Notes: generated from the letters alone by a model not told the origin. Positions 12,955-26,947 are shown, numbered from the stretch's first letter. The stretch is 64,000 nt of DNA from Eledone cirrhosa (GCA_964016885.1 OZ024742.1:65658001-65722000); one strand, 5' to 3'. Program-made: numbers and translations.

Positions 12955-13560
12955 GTCAGGTCACAAGTTGGTGCTACTGGTAACATGTATCCCAGTACAA
13001 CCTGTCTCATGGTCGGGTCGTTGGCGACTAAACTGGCAACCACACCAAGGTTCCTTGGTGAGGAGGGTGACGTTGGACATCCTGCAGGACTAAAAACAAA
13101 ACCTGTCAAAGGTCAAAGGAGCTCTTAAGAGTCAATGGCCATCCAAAATCACCGGGAGAGATGACCCCTTAGCTTTTGTCAAGGCAGAATTCTAGGAGAA
13201 GGAAAACTCTGATAGACTTATTATACCTGATGGTATCCAATGATGTTGACTTGTTCTTCTTTTTGGTAAATATCATCTTGGTTAAGAGAGTGGGACTGGC
13301 TTTGTGCAGTGCCTTTGCTCACTATAAAAGCTTCACGGCACAGGCATTGCTTTATATCTGGAGATCTCTCTGCACTTGTCGTCACATGGTACCATGGGCC
13401 CAGCGCTATGTGTCAATAATTGTCACAAGTGTAGTGTTTGTACCAGAGTTTTCAAGTCACTGGCTGGACTAAAACGTCACACTCGTTCAGCGCATCGGTA
13501 GGGGTTCTCCTACATGGATATAAAGTAGTGGCCGTACTCGAAAACGAGTTGGCAGCCACC

Positions 13561-13562
<2 letters not shown>
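12955..13562 (+). mobile_element. Bipartite non-autonomous RTE-derived retroelement (~610 bp), copy 1
   Basis: RTE-like 5'UTR (aggagaaggaaaactctga) joined to a C-terminal C2H2 remnant CHKCSVCTRVFKSLAGLKRHTRSAHR* (13421-13501) and 3' stem-loop ctcg-aaaa-cgag. Confidence 0.7.
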
Positions 13563-13635
<73 letters not shown>

Positions 13636-13700
13636 GTATTATATATATACATATATATTTATCCCGGATTCTAGTCCTGTAGAAGCCATTTCGATATTAA

Positions 13701-13733
<33 letters not shown>

Positions 13734-13756
13734 ATATATACATAAAGAGAGAGAGA

Positions 13757-13793
<37 letters not shown>

Positions 13794-14006
13794 AATTATG
13801 TAGAAGTTGGCAAGATGCCTTGAAGAATAGTTCAAGTAGGTGATATTGTAAACGGTACCCCCCAGACACGTCAGAGGAGATGTCATGAACACCCGTATCA
13901 CATGGTGATGCGTTTCTCACACGTAAACGTGATTTTATGTCCATACACACACACACACATATATATATATACATAGAAACGCGGACTCCCTCTCTCTCTC
14001 TCTGTA

Positions 14007-14125
<119 letters not shown>

Positions 14126-14143
14126 TTATATACACGTATATAA

Positions 14144-14188
<45 letters not shown>

Positions 14189-14191
14189 TAT

Positions 14192-14629
14192 AAACGATAT
14201 TAACAAATGGAAACTATATTTATAAAACCATATTTATTTCATTATACATATTTCAAGGACACCAAGTTAAATTATGGTGTGCTTTCATCAGATAAATTAT
14301 AATATAGAGCAGTTTTATAAATATATATTGACATACCCTTAAAAAATGCAACCATTACTGTTGGAAGCTCCCGGATAGTAATGGTTGCATTCTTTAAGGG
14401 TATGTCAATATTTATTTATAAAACTGCTCTATATTATATTTTATCTGATGAAAGCACACCATAATTTAACTTGGTGTCCTTGAAATATGTATAATGAAAT
14501 AAATATGGTTTTATAAATATAGTTTCCATTTGTTAATATCGTATTTTTACTCCAAATATTTGTTGAGTGCTTTATATCAGTTATAAACATATTTGCTTTT
14601 TGTATCCCAACAATTTATATTAGAACTTT
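14192..14629 (+). mobile_element. Fold-back HHR element, family C, short near-perfect palindrome
   Basis: Arms ~14195-14360 / 14378-14542, tail to 14629; HHRs at 14437-14501 (+, CTGATGA at 14445) and ~14234-14298 (-). Confidence 0.85.
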
Positions 14630-14684
14630 TACACACACACATATATATATATGTGTTTGTATATATGTATATACACACACACTC

Positions 14685-14722
<38 letters not shown>

Positions 14723-14742
14723 ATGTATATATACGTGTATAT

Positions 14743-14836
<94 letters not shown>

Positions 14837-15303
14837 CACACACACACAAATACACGCACACATATTTATACATACAAGCACGCACTTAACTTTTTCTTCG
14901 TGAACACGAAGATAGGATTGAAAATGAACAAAACCCTATACGAGCTTATTTATATGGAAACTATTTACCGACGTGTGTCTGTGTATGAGTGTAATGTGTC
15001 TGTTTGTTTGTGTGTGTGTCTGTGTATGTGTGGGTGTGTGTATTTCTGTATTTGTGTGAGAGGGTGTGTGTTTGTGAGAGAATGTGTTAGTGTACATAAA
15101 GTTATATCAAACAGAAAGCCCCGAGGATACACAAACATACACACATATAATACTTATATATGTATATGCGCATGTGTGGATGAGTCTACGTGTGTGTGTG
15201 TATGTGCTCGTGTGAGGTGTGTTCGCATAACAACATTTTAAAAGTTTCTTTTCATTATATTTATGGCTACAAACGTATTAATTTACAAACAAACACACAC
15301 AAA

Positions 15304-15364
<61 letters not shown>

Positions 15365-15530
15365 ACACATGCGCACACACACATACACACACACGCGCGT
15401 GTGCGTACACATTTACATATATTTGTATCATGTGTGTTTCGTCTTTGGTCTATGATTTATATATCTTTAAATACACTCACACACTCTCACAAACACACAT
15501 GCACGCATGCACACACACAAACACACACAC

Positions 15531-15572
<42 letters not shown>

Positions 15573-15789
15573 TACATATATCTATATTGCCATATACGTA
15601 TCTCAACAACACCTCGTTGTAATGCTGACACAATAATCACATTTGATCTGAATACCACCAATGATAGTTCTGTCGGCAAAACAAACAAACCCTCAAACTA
15701 TTACCGTACGATGGATCTATTGCTCTTCTACTGAGTCTACTTAGCCCACCTGTACTGATTTTATCATTGCATACCCCTGCAAACAAAAG

Positions 15790-16103
15790 CATAGTTACGT
15801 CCCTTTACTGTCTAAGTTCAAATCCCGTCGAGGTTAACTTTGCCTTTCATCCTTACGGGGTCGATAAAATAAAGTACCAGTAATACACTGGGATAATTGC
15901 TGGCCTTGTGGCTAAAGTAGAAACAATTATGTAGAGAGTCGGACTCCATGCTTTGTAGAATAGAGTTACGCCCCTTTATGATCTGATTTCAAATCCCGCC
16001 GAGGTTAACTTTGCCTTTCATCCTTATGGGGTAGATAAAATAAAGCACCAGTAATACACTGGGATAATTGCTGGCCTTGTGCCAAACGTAGAAACAATTA
16101 TTA
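15790..16103 (+). mobile_element. Two tandem Nin/Deu-core SINE copies
   Basis: gttcaaatcccg.cgaggttaactttgcctttcatcctta.ggggt.gataaaataaag.accag occurs twice. Confidence 0.9.
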
Positions 16104-16775
16104 CAACGCACAGAATATTACAACTTACAGAGCACTACTATCAAATTCGGAGCTTTATTACAACACTGGACTGTATTACAGAATACCTGGGCAATATCGC
16201 AGCATGCAGAGCACTGTTTTAAAATACAAAGCAGTGTTATGGTACAGAGCACTATTACAACTTACATATATGTACTCACAGGTCTTGAATAATTGTCCTA
16301 CCACATTAATGTTTCAGATTTTTCGAAACCTCCACTTATTAAATTTTGCTAATCTATCTCCGGCGAAATTTTATTGTAAGTGATTCATATCGATGCAGCA
16401 GCTGGAGAATCTGATAAGAATTTTATTTTAGATTTAAAAAAAAAACATTATATATGACAAAAAAAAAAAAAAAAATTACAAGAAATCGCATATTTACGAA
16501 CGCACACTATACAATTACCGATTTCCCACCCCACTTATAAGAATTTAAGCAAATGTCCAACTCCCTCGCTTATTCCCCCCATTATTATTTCGTATCCTAA
16601 AGTAATTCAACACAGGGCATTATTACAATCTACACAACCCTATAACAACACAGATTGCATTATCACAATCTTTCGAGCATTATCACAAACTACAGAATAC
16701 TGTTACACACAGAGAGCATTATTACAACATACAGGGCACTATTAAGCAACACAAAGTTTTATTACAACATATAAC
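16100..16775. repeat. Degenerate ~20-bp tandem array (acagagcactattacaa-like)
   Basis: Recurring motif at 16100-16265 and 16610-16775; related degenerate array at 21200-21620. Confidence 0.55.
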
Positions 16776-17047
16776 TCATAAATGAGTGTTGTAGTTTGAA
16801 GTATTATGTAAAATATCGAAAATAGTGGTTTGTTTGAAAACTATCGCAATGTGAATAGGGGGTGGGGCGGTGGTAGTGGCAAATGTTAAATATGATAACA
16901 ATAATGTTAGCTTGTTACCTTGCAGTTCTTTATAGGTCCTTATATTTCGCGATAAAATATTTTTTATCAAGGGCATCATTACAGCATTCCAGAATATTTC
17001 GTCAATGAAAATACGCCTCGCATACCAGAAAACTACTGTAATAGTAT

Positions 17048-17161
<114 letters not shown>

Positions 17162-17724
17162 CTCTCCTAATCATTTTAGACGGATCAACTACACCCTAGA
17201 GCAAAGGTTCTCAATCCATTTTGACCAAACGTCCCCTTTTGCCGCCTCGTAATTTCAAAACGCCCCCACCCTATTTTTCCATTTTTCAATATACTACTGA
17301 TTTTGATATCAGTAGATTACTGGGCCAAATCAAGTTATCTTAGATTCTTTAAAAAATACTCGTACGAATTAAATACAAAAATGTTTCAGTCCAAAACAAA
17401 AGAAAGCTATTTCAAATTATATATTTTTGAAATAAAAAAAAACATTTGATCTCCGTCGAAAAAGCTTTTTTTTTTAAAATTCTATATTTCACTGTTAGCT
17501 GTTGTAATATTTTGAGTGGATAGACAATTGAAACTGCAAAGTCAAAATACAAAAGATGCAAAATATGAAGATTTTCTTACCTTTCTCTGAAATCACAAAT
17601 TCGGGGGAAAAATAGTACCTTGCAAAATAAAATACCTCGTAGCAAAATAAGTAGTAAGGAATGAATTGAGGAGCTTGGTGACTGAGAAAGCAATATTTTT
17701 ATCCCTTATATATACATATAGATA

Positions 17725-17762
<38 letters not shown>

Positions 17763-17897
17763 TACATATATATATATACATACACACACATAAAACTTGT
17801 GTGTGTGTGTGCCTTGGTACAGAAAGAATTTTGTCTACAGTTTTTTATTGCCAGGTCAAAGGACACAGCTCTTTTCCACAAGCCAAATAACAACGCT

Positions 17898-17994
<97 letters not shown>

Positions 17995-18061
17995 AATGAA
18001 GAGAGAAAGAGGGAGGGATAGAGAGAGTAAGAAATGTGTGTGTGTTTGGTACACGTCTATC

Positions 18062-18104
<43 letters not shown>

Positions 18105-18114
18105 TTATCTCCAA

Positions 18115-18465
18115 CAGGGGGCTCACACATGCGGCCCGCGAACTACTTATCTGTGGCCCGTGGTAGAACCAATATTTTATATCGCATTATTACTGGTGAA
18201 AATAAGGCGGCGAGTTGGTGGAATCGTTAGCACATCTGGCGAAATGCTTAACGGTATTTCTTCCGTTTTTACGATCTGAGTTCAAATTCCGCCGATCTCA
18301 ACTTTGCCTTACAGCCTTTTGGAGTCGATGAATTAAGTACCAGTTGTGTACTAGGATCGATGCAATCGACTGAACCCTAAACCCCAAATTTCATGCCTTG
18401 TTCCTATAGTAGAAATGATTATAACTGGTGAAAATTTTCACCCACCACCAAGTTTGGCCCACTGT
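18115..18465. mobile_element. Small hAT-like MITE remnant interrupted by a Nin/Deu-core SINE (~18205-18422)
   Basis: caggggg..tgcggcccgcg..tgtggccc left end, aagtttggcccactg right end; no clear TSD. Confidence 0.5.
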
Positions 18466-18523
18466 GCCTTTCCTCCAGGACGTAATAGCCCTTTTGTGTC
18501 CTTGAATTTGAGACCCCTCTTCT

Positions 18524-18557
<34 letters not shown>

Positions 18558-18564
18558 TTTACTT

Positions 18565-18814
18565 TTTTTCTGTCTCTGGACTACGCCCATGCTGGAGCAT
18601 CACCTTGGTAAGTTATGGGGACGTCAACAAACCAACAAACATTGGTGGGAGGGCAAACACAAACGCAAAGACACACACAGACATATATACATATATACGA
18701 CGGGCTTCTTTTAGTTTCGATCTATCAAATCCACTCACAGGGCTATGGTCGGCTCGGGCATTGGGATTGAACCGGGAAATATGTGGTTGGGAAACAAGCT
18801 TCTTGTCACACTGC

Positions 18815-18815
<1 letters not shown>
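18565..18815 (-). mobile_element. Second tRNA-SINE family (internal TA/TG microsatellite type); also ~30690-31015 (+) and fragments ~46030-46080, ~56430-56560
   Basis: ggttcaatccc B-box-like head, gtgagtggatttgatagatcgaaactaaaagaagcccgtcg body, ggtgatgctccagcatgg tail on the minus strand. Confidence 0.7.
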
Positions 18816-18861
<46 letters not shown>

Positions 18862-18896
18862 ATATATATATTATACACACACACACACACACACAT

Positions 18897-18930
<34 letters not shown>

Positions 18931-18932
<2 letters not shown>

Positions 18933-19540
18933 GGTGGCTGCCAACTCGTTTTCGAGTACGGTCACTACTTTATATCCATGTAGGAGAACCCCTACCGATG
19001 CGCTGAACGAGTGTGACTTTTTAGTCCAGCCAGCGATTTGAAAACTCTGGTACAAACACTACACTTGTGACAATTATTGACACATAGTGCTGGGCCCATG
19101 GTACCATGTGACGACAAGTGCAGAGAGATCTCCAGATATAAAGCAATGCCTGTGCCGTGAAGCTTTTATAGTGAGCAAAGGCACTGCACAAAGCCAGTCC
19201 AACTCTCTTAACCAAGATGATATGTACCAAAAAGAAGAACAAGTCAACATCATTGGATACCATCAGGGTTGCAGGTGTTATATCAGAGTTTTCCTTCTCC
19301 TAGAATTCTGCCTTGACAAAGGCTAAGGGGTCATCTCTCCCGGTGATTTTGGATGGCCATTGACTCTTAAGAGCTCCTTTGCCCTTTGACAGGTTTTGTT
19401 TTTAGTCCTGCAGGATGTCCAAAGTCACCTTCCTCACCAAGAAACCTTGGTGGGGTTGCCAGTTTAGTCGCCAACGACCCGACCATGAGACAGGTTGTAC
19501 TGGGATACATGTTACCAGTAGCACCAACTGGTGACCTGAC
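18931..19540 (-). mobile_element. Bipartite RTE-derived element, copy 2
   Basis: Reverse complement of 12955-13562 with the same termini and internal junction. Confidence 0.8.
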
Positions 19541-19725
19541 CATAATATAAGGTTATATATATATATATATAACCTTACACACTTAAATATAAATGCATGT
19601 ATATATATATACAAATGTATGAATGCATAGCTATATACATACGTAAATGTATGTATGTATATATGTATGTGTGTATGTAGATTTATATATATATATATAT
19701 GTATGTATGTATGTAGATTTATATG

Positions 19726-19819
<94 letters not shown>

Positions 19820-19834
19820 TATGTATGTATGTAG

Positions 19835-19916
<82 letters not shown>

Positions 19917-19992
19917 ATAATAGGGTGAAAGCAGCGATTCTTTGCTTAAACTTTAATCTGTTATTTTAATAAATATATATGTATGTATGTAG

Positions 19993-20061
<69 letters not shown>

Positions 20062-20068
<7 letters not shown>

Positions 20069-20496
20069 GTTTGAATATGTGTAATAAGGCCAAAACAATG
20101 CAGGTATGGACATAGAAAAAAAGAATGCAATAGTAAAAGAATTCGTCTTTCACCTTGAATTTATTTAAATGTCCTTAATTTTCGAGATAATATCTCTTCT
20201 TCGGAGGGAAATAAAGGTCTCAAACCAGCGTCTTAAATCTCTAGCCAAGCCATTTCGGTCAGAATGGCTTGGCTAGAGATTTAAGACGCTGGTTTGAGAC
20301 CTTTATTTCCCTCCGAAGAAGAGATATTATCTCGAAAATTAAGGACATTTAAATAAATTCAAGGTGAAAGACGAATTCTTTTACTATTGCATTCTTTTTT
20401 TCTATGTCCATACCTGCATTGTTTTGGCCTTATTACACATATTCAAACGTTTATACCTCATTACACAATGCTTCAAGTGAACTATAACCTCCTCCT
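20062..20496 (+). mobile_element. Fold-back HHR element, family E
   Basis: Essentially perfect ~190-bp arms 20062-20254 / 20263-20455, tail to 20496; HHR CCGAAGA-a-gagat att atctc-GAAA-aTTA-agga at 20308-20345 plus mirror copy. Confidence 0.85.
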
Positions 20497-21629
20497 ATAT
20501 ATATATATATATATAAACTACATACATACATATATACATACATTTACGTATCTATATAGCTATGCATTTATACTTTTGTATATATACGTGCATTTATATT
20601 TAAGTGTGTAAAGATGTTGATATGATCTATGTCTTCTTTTTTTGGTAAGGAGAACATTTTCGTCGCCAGATTTTATTACCTAGCGAGTTTAAATACCACA
20701 CTTCGGGTTGAAAACTGACCAGGTTCTCAACTTCATCAAACACTAACGCCGGCCTGTGTGTGAATATATATATATGTGTGTGTGTGTGTGTGTATGTGTA
20801 TATATGTGTGTGTGTATGTATGTATGTATGTGTGTGTATGTTCACCACCATTGCTTCTTCTTGTCAATTCTGTTGAAGTAGCCCTTAGTTTCATTCTCTT
20901 TGATTTCTTTTGATTTCCTTTTATCTCCCTAGGGAATTCGTTGACAAACTTCTTTAATTTATTTTCTTTGTTTTCTTCATTCAAATCACTGACTGTCTAA
21001 GAGACGTACAAATATGACGTATAAAACTTACCAAACCAAAAGGGCTTCTAGCGCCCCTTTACTGCATAACGCCCCCCCCCTAAAGTCCCCTTACTGTATA
21101 ACGCCCCACCCTGGACTACGAAACGCCCTCCCGGAGGGGCATATTCCCCCCCCCCGTTGAGAACCTTTCCCTAGAGCATCCTAAGTTCACTATTCCCTCC
21201 ATTTCGTCCAGGCACATATACAATATTACTACAGCAATATCTTCACAACACTATTCATTGCATTCAGTTTAGAATATCTAGAATACTATATAACAACCAT
21301 CTCTCCATAAACTGCTACCCTGGAATATTATTACAACAATATAACGACACAATTCCTTTCACTCAGTTCAGGCACATCTACAACACCATCCCAACAACAC
21401 CGTCCTTTGTACCTAGTTTAGACATATATACAACACCATCTCTTACACAAGTCCCGACATTTGTACAACACTCCCAAACACAACACTACAACACAATCCC
21501 TTGCACCCATTTCAGTCATATCTTCAACACACAAGAGCACTATTAAAACACTCTTCTAACAACACCATCTCTTCTACCCAATCTAGACACAATTACAATA
21601 CCGCAGAACATTACTACAATAAAGAGCCT

Positions 21630-22870
21630 GTATGTAGTGGTCGACCTCCTAGAAAAACCATCAAAATCCTATCAAATTATTTTGTAGCTACAAATTAGAT
21701 GACGTAGTTCTACTGGCGTACAGCCACAGCTGAAATACCAGGATTGATATGGGGCTAAACAAAACAACAAAGGACAACAACAACAATACCACCGCCACCA
21801 TCACCAACTACAGCCATATCCCCCAGACTGAAAAGTGTAACAGTATCCTACCAACTACGTATCGTTCATACATAAAATTAGAATCAGCATTAATTACCTT
21901 ATTTGTTACAAACATTGGTGCGACAGACGCTACTAGAAAGATGTATAGGGAAACAAAATCCAAATGAATTTTTCCAGTCTGGCTACCTCAACGAATTAGT
22001 GGTATATCTGAGCCAATGAAGAAACTCTAACGGCTAATATGACCTGCTAAAAATAGCAGGGAAATCTATCTCGACAACACCCTCCCGTCTTAAATACGGA
22101 AGCCGTATTGGATATTGTAGTTCTAGTTAAATAAGACAGATGCTGGCGACAGATGGAGAGGCTTTGATCGAATGATAATGTGATCGGGACTGACCTGGAG
22201 CTAAAGAAAAATATGAACAGCTTGAGCAATAGGACTAAAACTGAGGTAGGTTCTATGTAGTCACATAATCTGCTAAAAAGGGTTGGCAAATATCCCTAAA
22301 ATTGCAAGCAATCGTCTCAGAATAAGAGAAATTAAAATAATGTAACTCTAGATACACCATGCGGCGGAGTGAAAGAGAATGGTCATATCTAGAATAACTT
22401 TGATTATAGTTCTACTTGATCAGAGTTGACTTTGGTTTAAACAACTAAGCCAAGAAAACAAGTGAATGAAAACAAATCATTATGTGGTCACAGGATCTGC
22501 TAGAAACAGCAGTAAAATCTCCACCAAATCTCACAGAATGGTAGTTCATATTGGGTATTGAGTTTGAGATGAAATATGTCTGAAGTGACAAGCATGATCA
22601 TGGCTAGAATATCTTGATCTTAGGTCTGCTCAACATCAGCAGCAGTAGCAACGACAAAAGTACCGCCGAAGGAATCTTTACGCCCAACTAATACAAAATA
22701 GCAATCAAATCTCCCTTAAATCATACCATACTGTCTTAATGAATGGGTGCATACGACAGTGTAATTCTACATATTTCTAAAATCAGGGGATGGGGGCACG
22801 AATGGAGTATCTTTGATCATAGGTTTGGTTTGCTTGATAAAGCTGATCTGGTGCTAAACTACAACGAAAA
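21630..22870 (+). repeat. Cluster of ~5 old same-orientation copies of a third SINE-like family; also ~28840-29000 and ~50760-50905
   Basis: Recurring gacctgctagaaa.agcag..aaatct ... tttgatcataggt.tg ... ggctaaacaac motifs. Confidence 0.6.
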
Positions 22871-23754
22871 TAACAACTCAGAAAGCAACACAAGAAATAT
22901 CAACTCCAACATCACAGCGACGACAACAATCACCACTACCACAATAACATTCACTACCACCACAACCATAAACTATACTATTCCAACCAATATTATTTCT
23001 ACTATTACCTCAACGACCATTATTACATCATCGTATCCTCCACACCAATCACCTCAACCAACATCACCAACACCAACATAACATTAACAACACCAAAAAT
23101 ATTACAACTGCTGTCTCTAGAGTGAAACAGCTCGTAATTAAAATTCAACTGAAACATAATTAATATCCTTCATTTCTCCCCCACCCTCTAATCTATCTAA
23201 TGTTTCCCCTTATCTGCTCTTTTTTTTCACTCTGCCATGTCCCCTCTCCCTCTTTTTGCACACTTTTGTTCTGACATCTTTCTCAATCAATCTTCATCTT
23301 CTGAAGAAACCAACACCCACATTTTCCTTCCCATTCTCATCCTATCTCCTGCTTTCTTCCCTTTCTCCTAGAGTTGGTCAGGTGGATAGACTGTTGAAAT
23401 CCCCGGCTGATCAGATCATATTTCCAAACCTGTTGGAAGGCGTTCCATTATTTATCAGAGCACTCAACATTGCTAAATTCCTAGCAGGAATAGGTGCCAC
23501 CAGATTATCAGAGGAATGCTGTCTACAATATGATAATCCGACGTTAAATAAAATGTAGATTTGTCTCACATCCCCTATAGGCTATATTTGGACAGAACTT
23601 CGTAAACTACGTTATCTTAGTCAACCAATCTGTACTACTAGATCACATGGAAATATCACGACAATTTATCTCACACGCTTTCGGGTGTTTCAGTTGATGA
23701 AGACTTTAGTTTAAATTCATAATTTTCTAATAACTCTGTTACGTTAACAAACAA

Positions 23755-23815
<61 letters not shown>

Positions 23816-23822
23816 ATATATG

Positions 23823-23874
<52 letters not shown>

Positions 23875-23960
23875 TAAGTTATTCCGGGTTGAATCGGAGG
23901 TAACCACAGTAAGTAATGTACTCAATACATAGCAAAGTATAAACGTTTTAATATAGATGA

Positions 23961-24009
23961 GATTCTACAGGACTAGAACTGTTTCATTCTTTAGAAATCA
24001 TCAGGAATC
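23961..24009 (-). ncRNA. Type I HHR (family F), canonical core
   Basis: rc: gattc-CTGATGA-tttc taaa gaat-GAAAC-ag ttctagtc ct-GTA-gaatc; sister copies at 28043-28091, 40241-40290, 42834-42882, 43551-43600, 49862-49955 (x2) and 63710-63756. Confidence 0.8.
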
Positions 24010-24030
24010 CTTGATAGAGTTCTACCATCA

Positions 24031-25513
24031 TTGCGGGTTTCCTCATCACTCCCACTCTGGAGCAGAACATCTGAGGCAATATCTTGGTTCCAAGAATTAC
24101 CCGACAAACGCCACACTCGCTTCCTGCAACTCGACATAGAAAACTACTATGCTTATATCTCGGAGCCCCTCCCGAAGGACGCAATTACCTTTGCCAGGAA
24201 TTTTACCACCATAACCGATGCTGAGCAAGATGTTATCCTCCATGCCCGTAAGACCTTCCTATACCACGATGGATCTTACTGGATCAACAAGAAGTCTCAG
24301 ACCCCATTTGACGTCAGCATGGGAGCAAGTGACTCAGCTGAAATTAGCGACCTTGTGGGCCTGTACATTTTACATCACCCGAAGAACCTCTTTACTGGCC
24401 TAACCGGAGGTTTATACCGAGACGACGGCCTCTTCGCCTTGCACAAGGTTAACCCCAGAACCACCGATGGGTTTCGGAGAACTTAAGCTCGTTCTTCCGT
24501 AATCTAGGATTTAGTATAACTATAGAATCTAATATGACTAGGGCCAACTTTTTAGATGTCACTCTCGACCTAGATACTTCCTTCTATTACCCGTACCACA
24601 AACCTAATGAGTCCCTTAGATATATTAATGTTAATTCTAACCACCCCCAAAACATCACTGATAACTTAGTAAAAAGCGTCTCTATTAGAATCTCTGGCCT
24701 CTCTGCCAATGAAGATATTTTTAACGCCTCTGCCTCCTACTACAATGACGCCCTCGCCCGCAGCGGATTTAAAGAAAAGATAACCTACCTAGAAACCACC
24801 GCAAGTCTGCATAGGAGGAATAGGCATAGGCAGATTAGCTGGTACAACCCTCCCTTCAATAGAGAGGTCGCTTCACCTATAGCTAGGATTTTCTTCACTT
24901 TGCTGAACACACACTTCCCCATACAACATAGGTACTACACCATCTTTAATAAGAACACAATAAGACTCTTCTACTCCACCACACCTAACCTAGCTAGGAA
25001 TATAGCCAATCACAATTCTAAAAAATTAAATAAGCCAACCACCTCCGAACGGGGGCCTTGTGTATATGCCTAAATAAGGAAGCCTGCCCACTTGAAAACA
25101 AATGCCTGACAAATGATATCGTATACAAATGTGATGTCATCTCAGGCACCGATGATTGCAACAACAAAAAGACTTACATCGGCATGACTTCCAATAACAT
25201 TAAGACGCGGTGGTATGCCCATTCCCACTCCTTCAGAAGACCGGGCAAATCAAACCAGACAACACTCGCCTCCTATGTTTGGGACCTCAAAAGGAACTCC
25301 ACCCCCTTCACGCTTAAATGGAAAATACTCCAGAAAGCGGGCTCTTACAACGGAGGACACAAGGGCTGCGACCTTTGTATCTCAGAGAGCTATGACATTT
25401 TATTCGCCAAGGGCCCGTTACTGAACAAACTCTCTGAACACTGCCCGAACTGCATGCACAAATACTTTGCAACTTTCAAATACCTTAAGCCAGTGTTAAT
25501 GCCCGATGGCTAA
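24031..25513 (+). pseudogene. Penelope-like reverse transcriptase + C-terminal GIY-YIG endonuclease (disrupted by stops/frameshifts)
   Basis: FLQLDIENYY, MGASDSAEISDLVG, GLYRDDGL, NFLDVTLDL, WYNPPF; linker CICLNKEACPLENKC; IVYKC..YIGMT..R..H; CDLCISE, LLNK, CMH. Confidence 0.93.
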
Positions 25514-25798
25514 ACACGACTTCCCGTTTTTTTTTAAACGCCAGCCGACAAAATAGCCCCTCTACCTCCGTCCCACCCCACCCCTCCTCAACCTGAAACA
25601 CGGCACTATGGTTATGTAAGTACCTCTTACCTATCTGCATTTTCTGCTTGTAGAGCTGTTTTTATGTGCCTGTGTATATGCGTATATTTATAAGTACATG
25701 TTTGTATGTGTTTGTATGAGTGGCCGTTCGTTTATGTGCATCTCGCTGTGTGTACATGCGTCCACATGTACCTGCATATGGGCATGTTTGTGTATGTT

Positions 25799-25880
<82 letters not shown>

Positions 25881-26058
25881 TATGTGTGTGTATATATATA
25901 TGTATGTGTATATGTGTATATATATATATATATGTATATATATGTGTATGTTTATGTATCTATCTATCTATCTATATATATATATATATATATATATGTG
26001 TATGTATGTGTGTATGTGTATATATGTGTATATATATATGTGTGTGTATGTGTGTGTT

Positions 26059-26109
<51 letters not shown>

Positions 26110-26185
26110 ATGTATGTGTATATATATATGTAAACATGTATGTCTGTGTGTGTGTATGTGGACCCCACAGCATACCGTGGATATC

Positions 26186-26268
<83 letters not shown>

Positions 26269-26454
26269 GTATATATATGTATATGTGTATATATATATGT
26301 ATGTGTATGTATGTATATGTGTATGTATATATATGTATATATATATATATATATATATGTGTGTATGTGTATATATGTATATAAATATATATATTTATAT
26401 ATATATATATGTGTATATATATATATATGTGTGTTTATATATATATATATATTG

Positions 26455-26603
26455 GCTTTGACGTATTGAGTTACGCCCCTTGCCATTCTGAGATCAAATC
26501 CCGCGAGGTTAACTTTGCCTTTCATCCTTACGGGGTCGATAACATAAAGTACCAGTAATACACTGTATTAATTGCTGGCCTTGTGCCAAAAGTAGAAACA
26601 ATT
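26455..26603 (+). mobile_element. Nin/Deu-core SINE nested in the PLE 3'UTR microsatellite
   Basis: ctgagatcaaatcccgcgaggttaactttgcctttcatccttacggggtcgataacataaagtaccag. Confidence 0.9.
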
Positions 26604-26680
26604 GTATATGTGTATATATGTGTATTTCTGTAGATGTGTTTGTATATGTTTATATATGTGTATATTTATTTGTATGTATG

Positions 26681-26725
<45 letters not shown>

Positions 26726-26730
26726 ATATA

Positions 26731-26776
<46 letters not shown>

Positions 26777-26790
26777 CGTGTGTATATGTA

Positions 26791-26853
<63 letters not shown>

Positions 26854-26872
26854 ATATGTATATATGTGTGTA

Positions 26873-26947
<75 letters not shown>

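Larger units (their letters stand above)
17202..21168. mobile_element. hAT (Charlie-like) non-autonomous DNA transposon carrying nested insertions
   Basis: TIRs caaaggttctcaa / ttgagaaccttt; 8-bp TSD ccctagag at 17194-17201 and 21169-21176; subterminal aacgcccc repeats at both ends. Confidence 0.8.
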
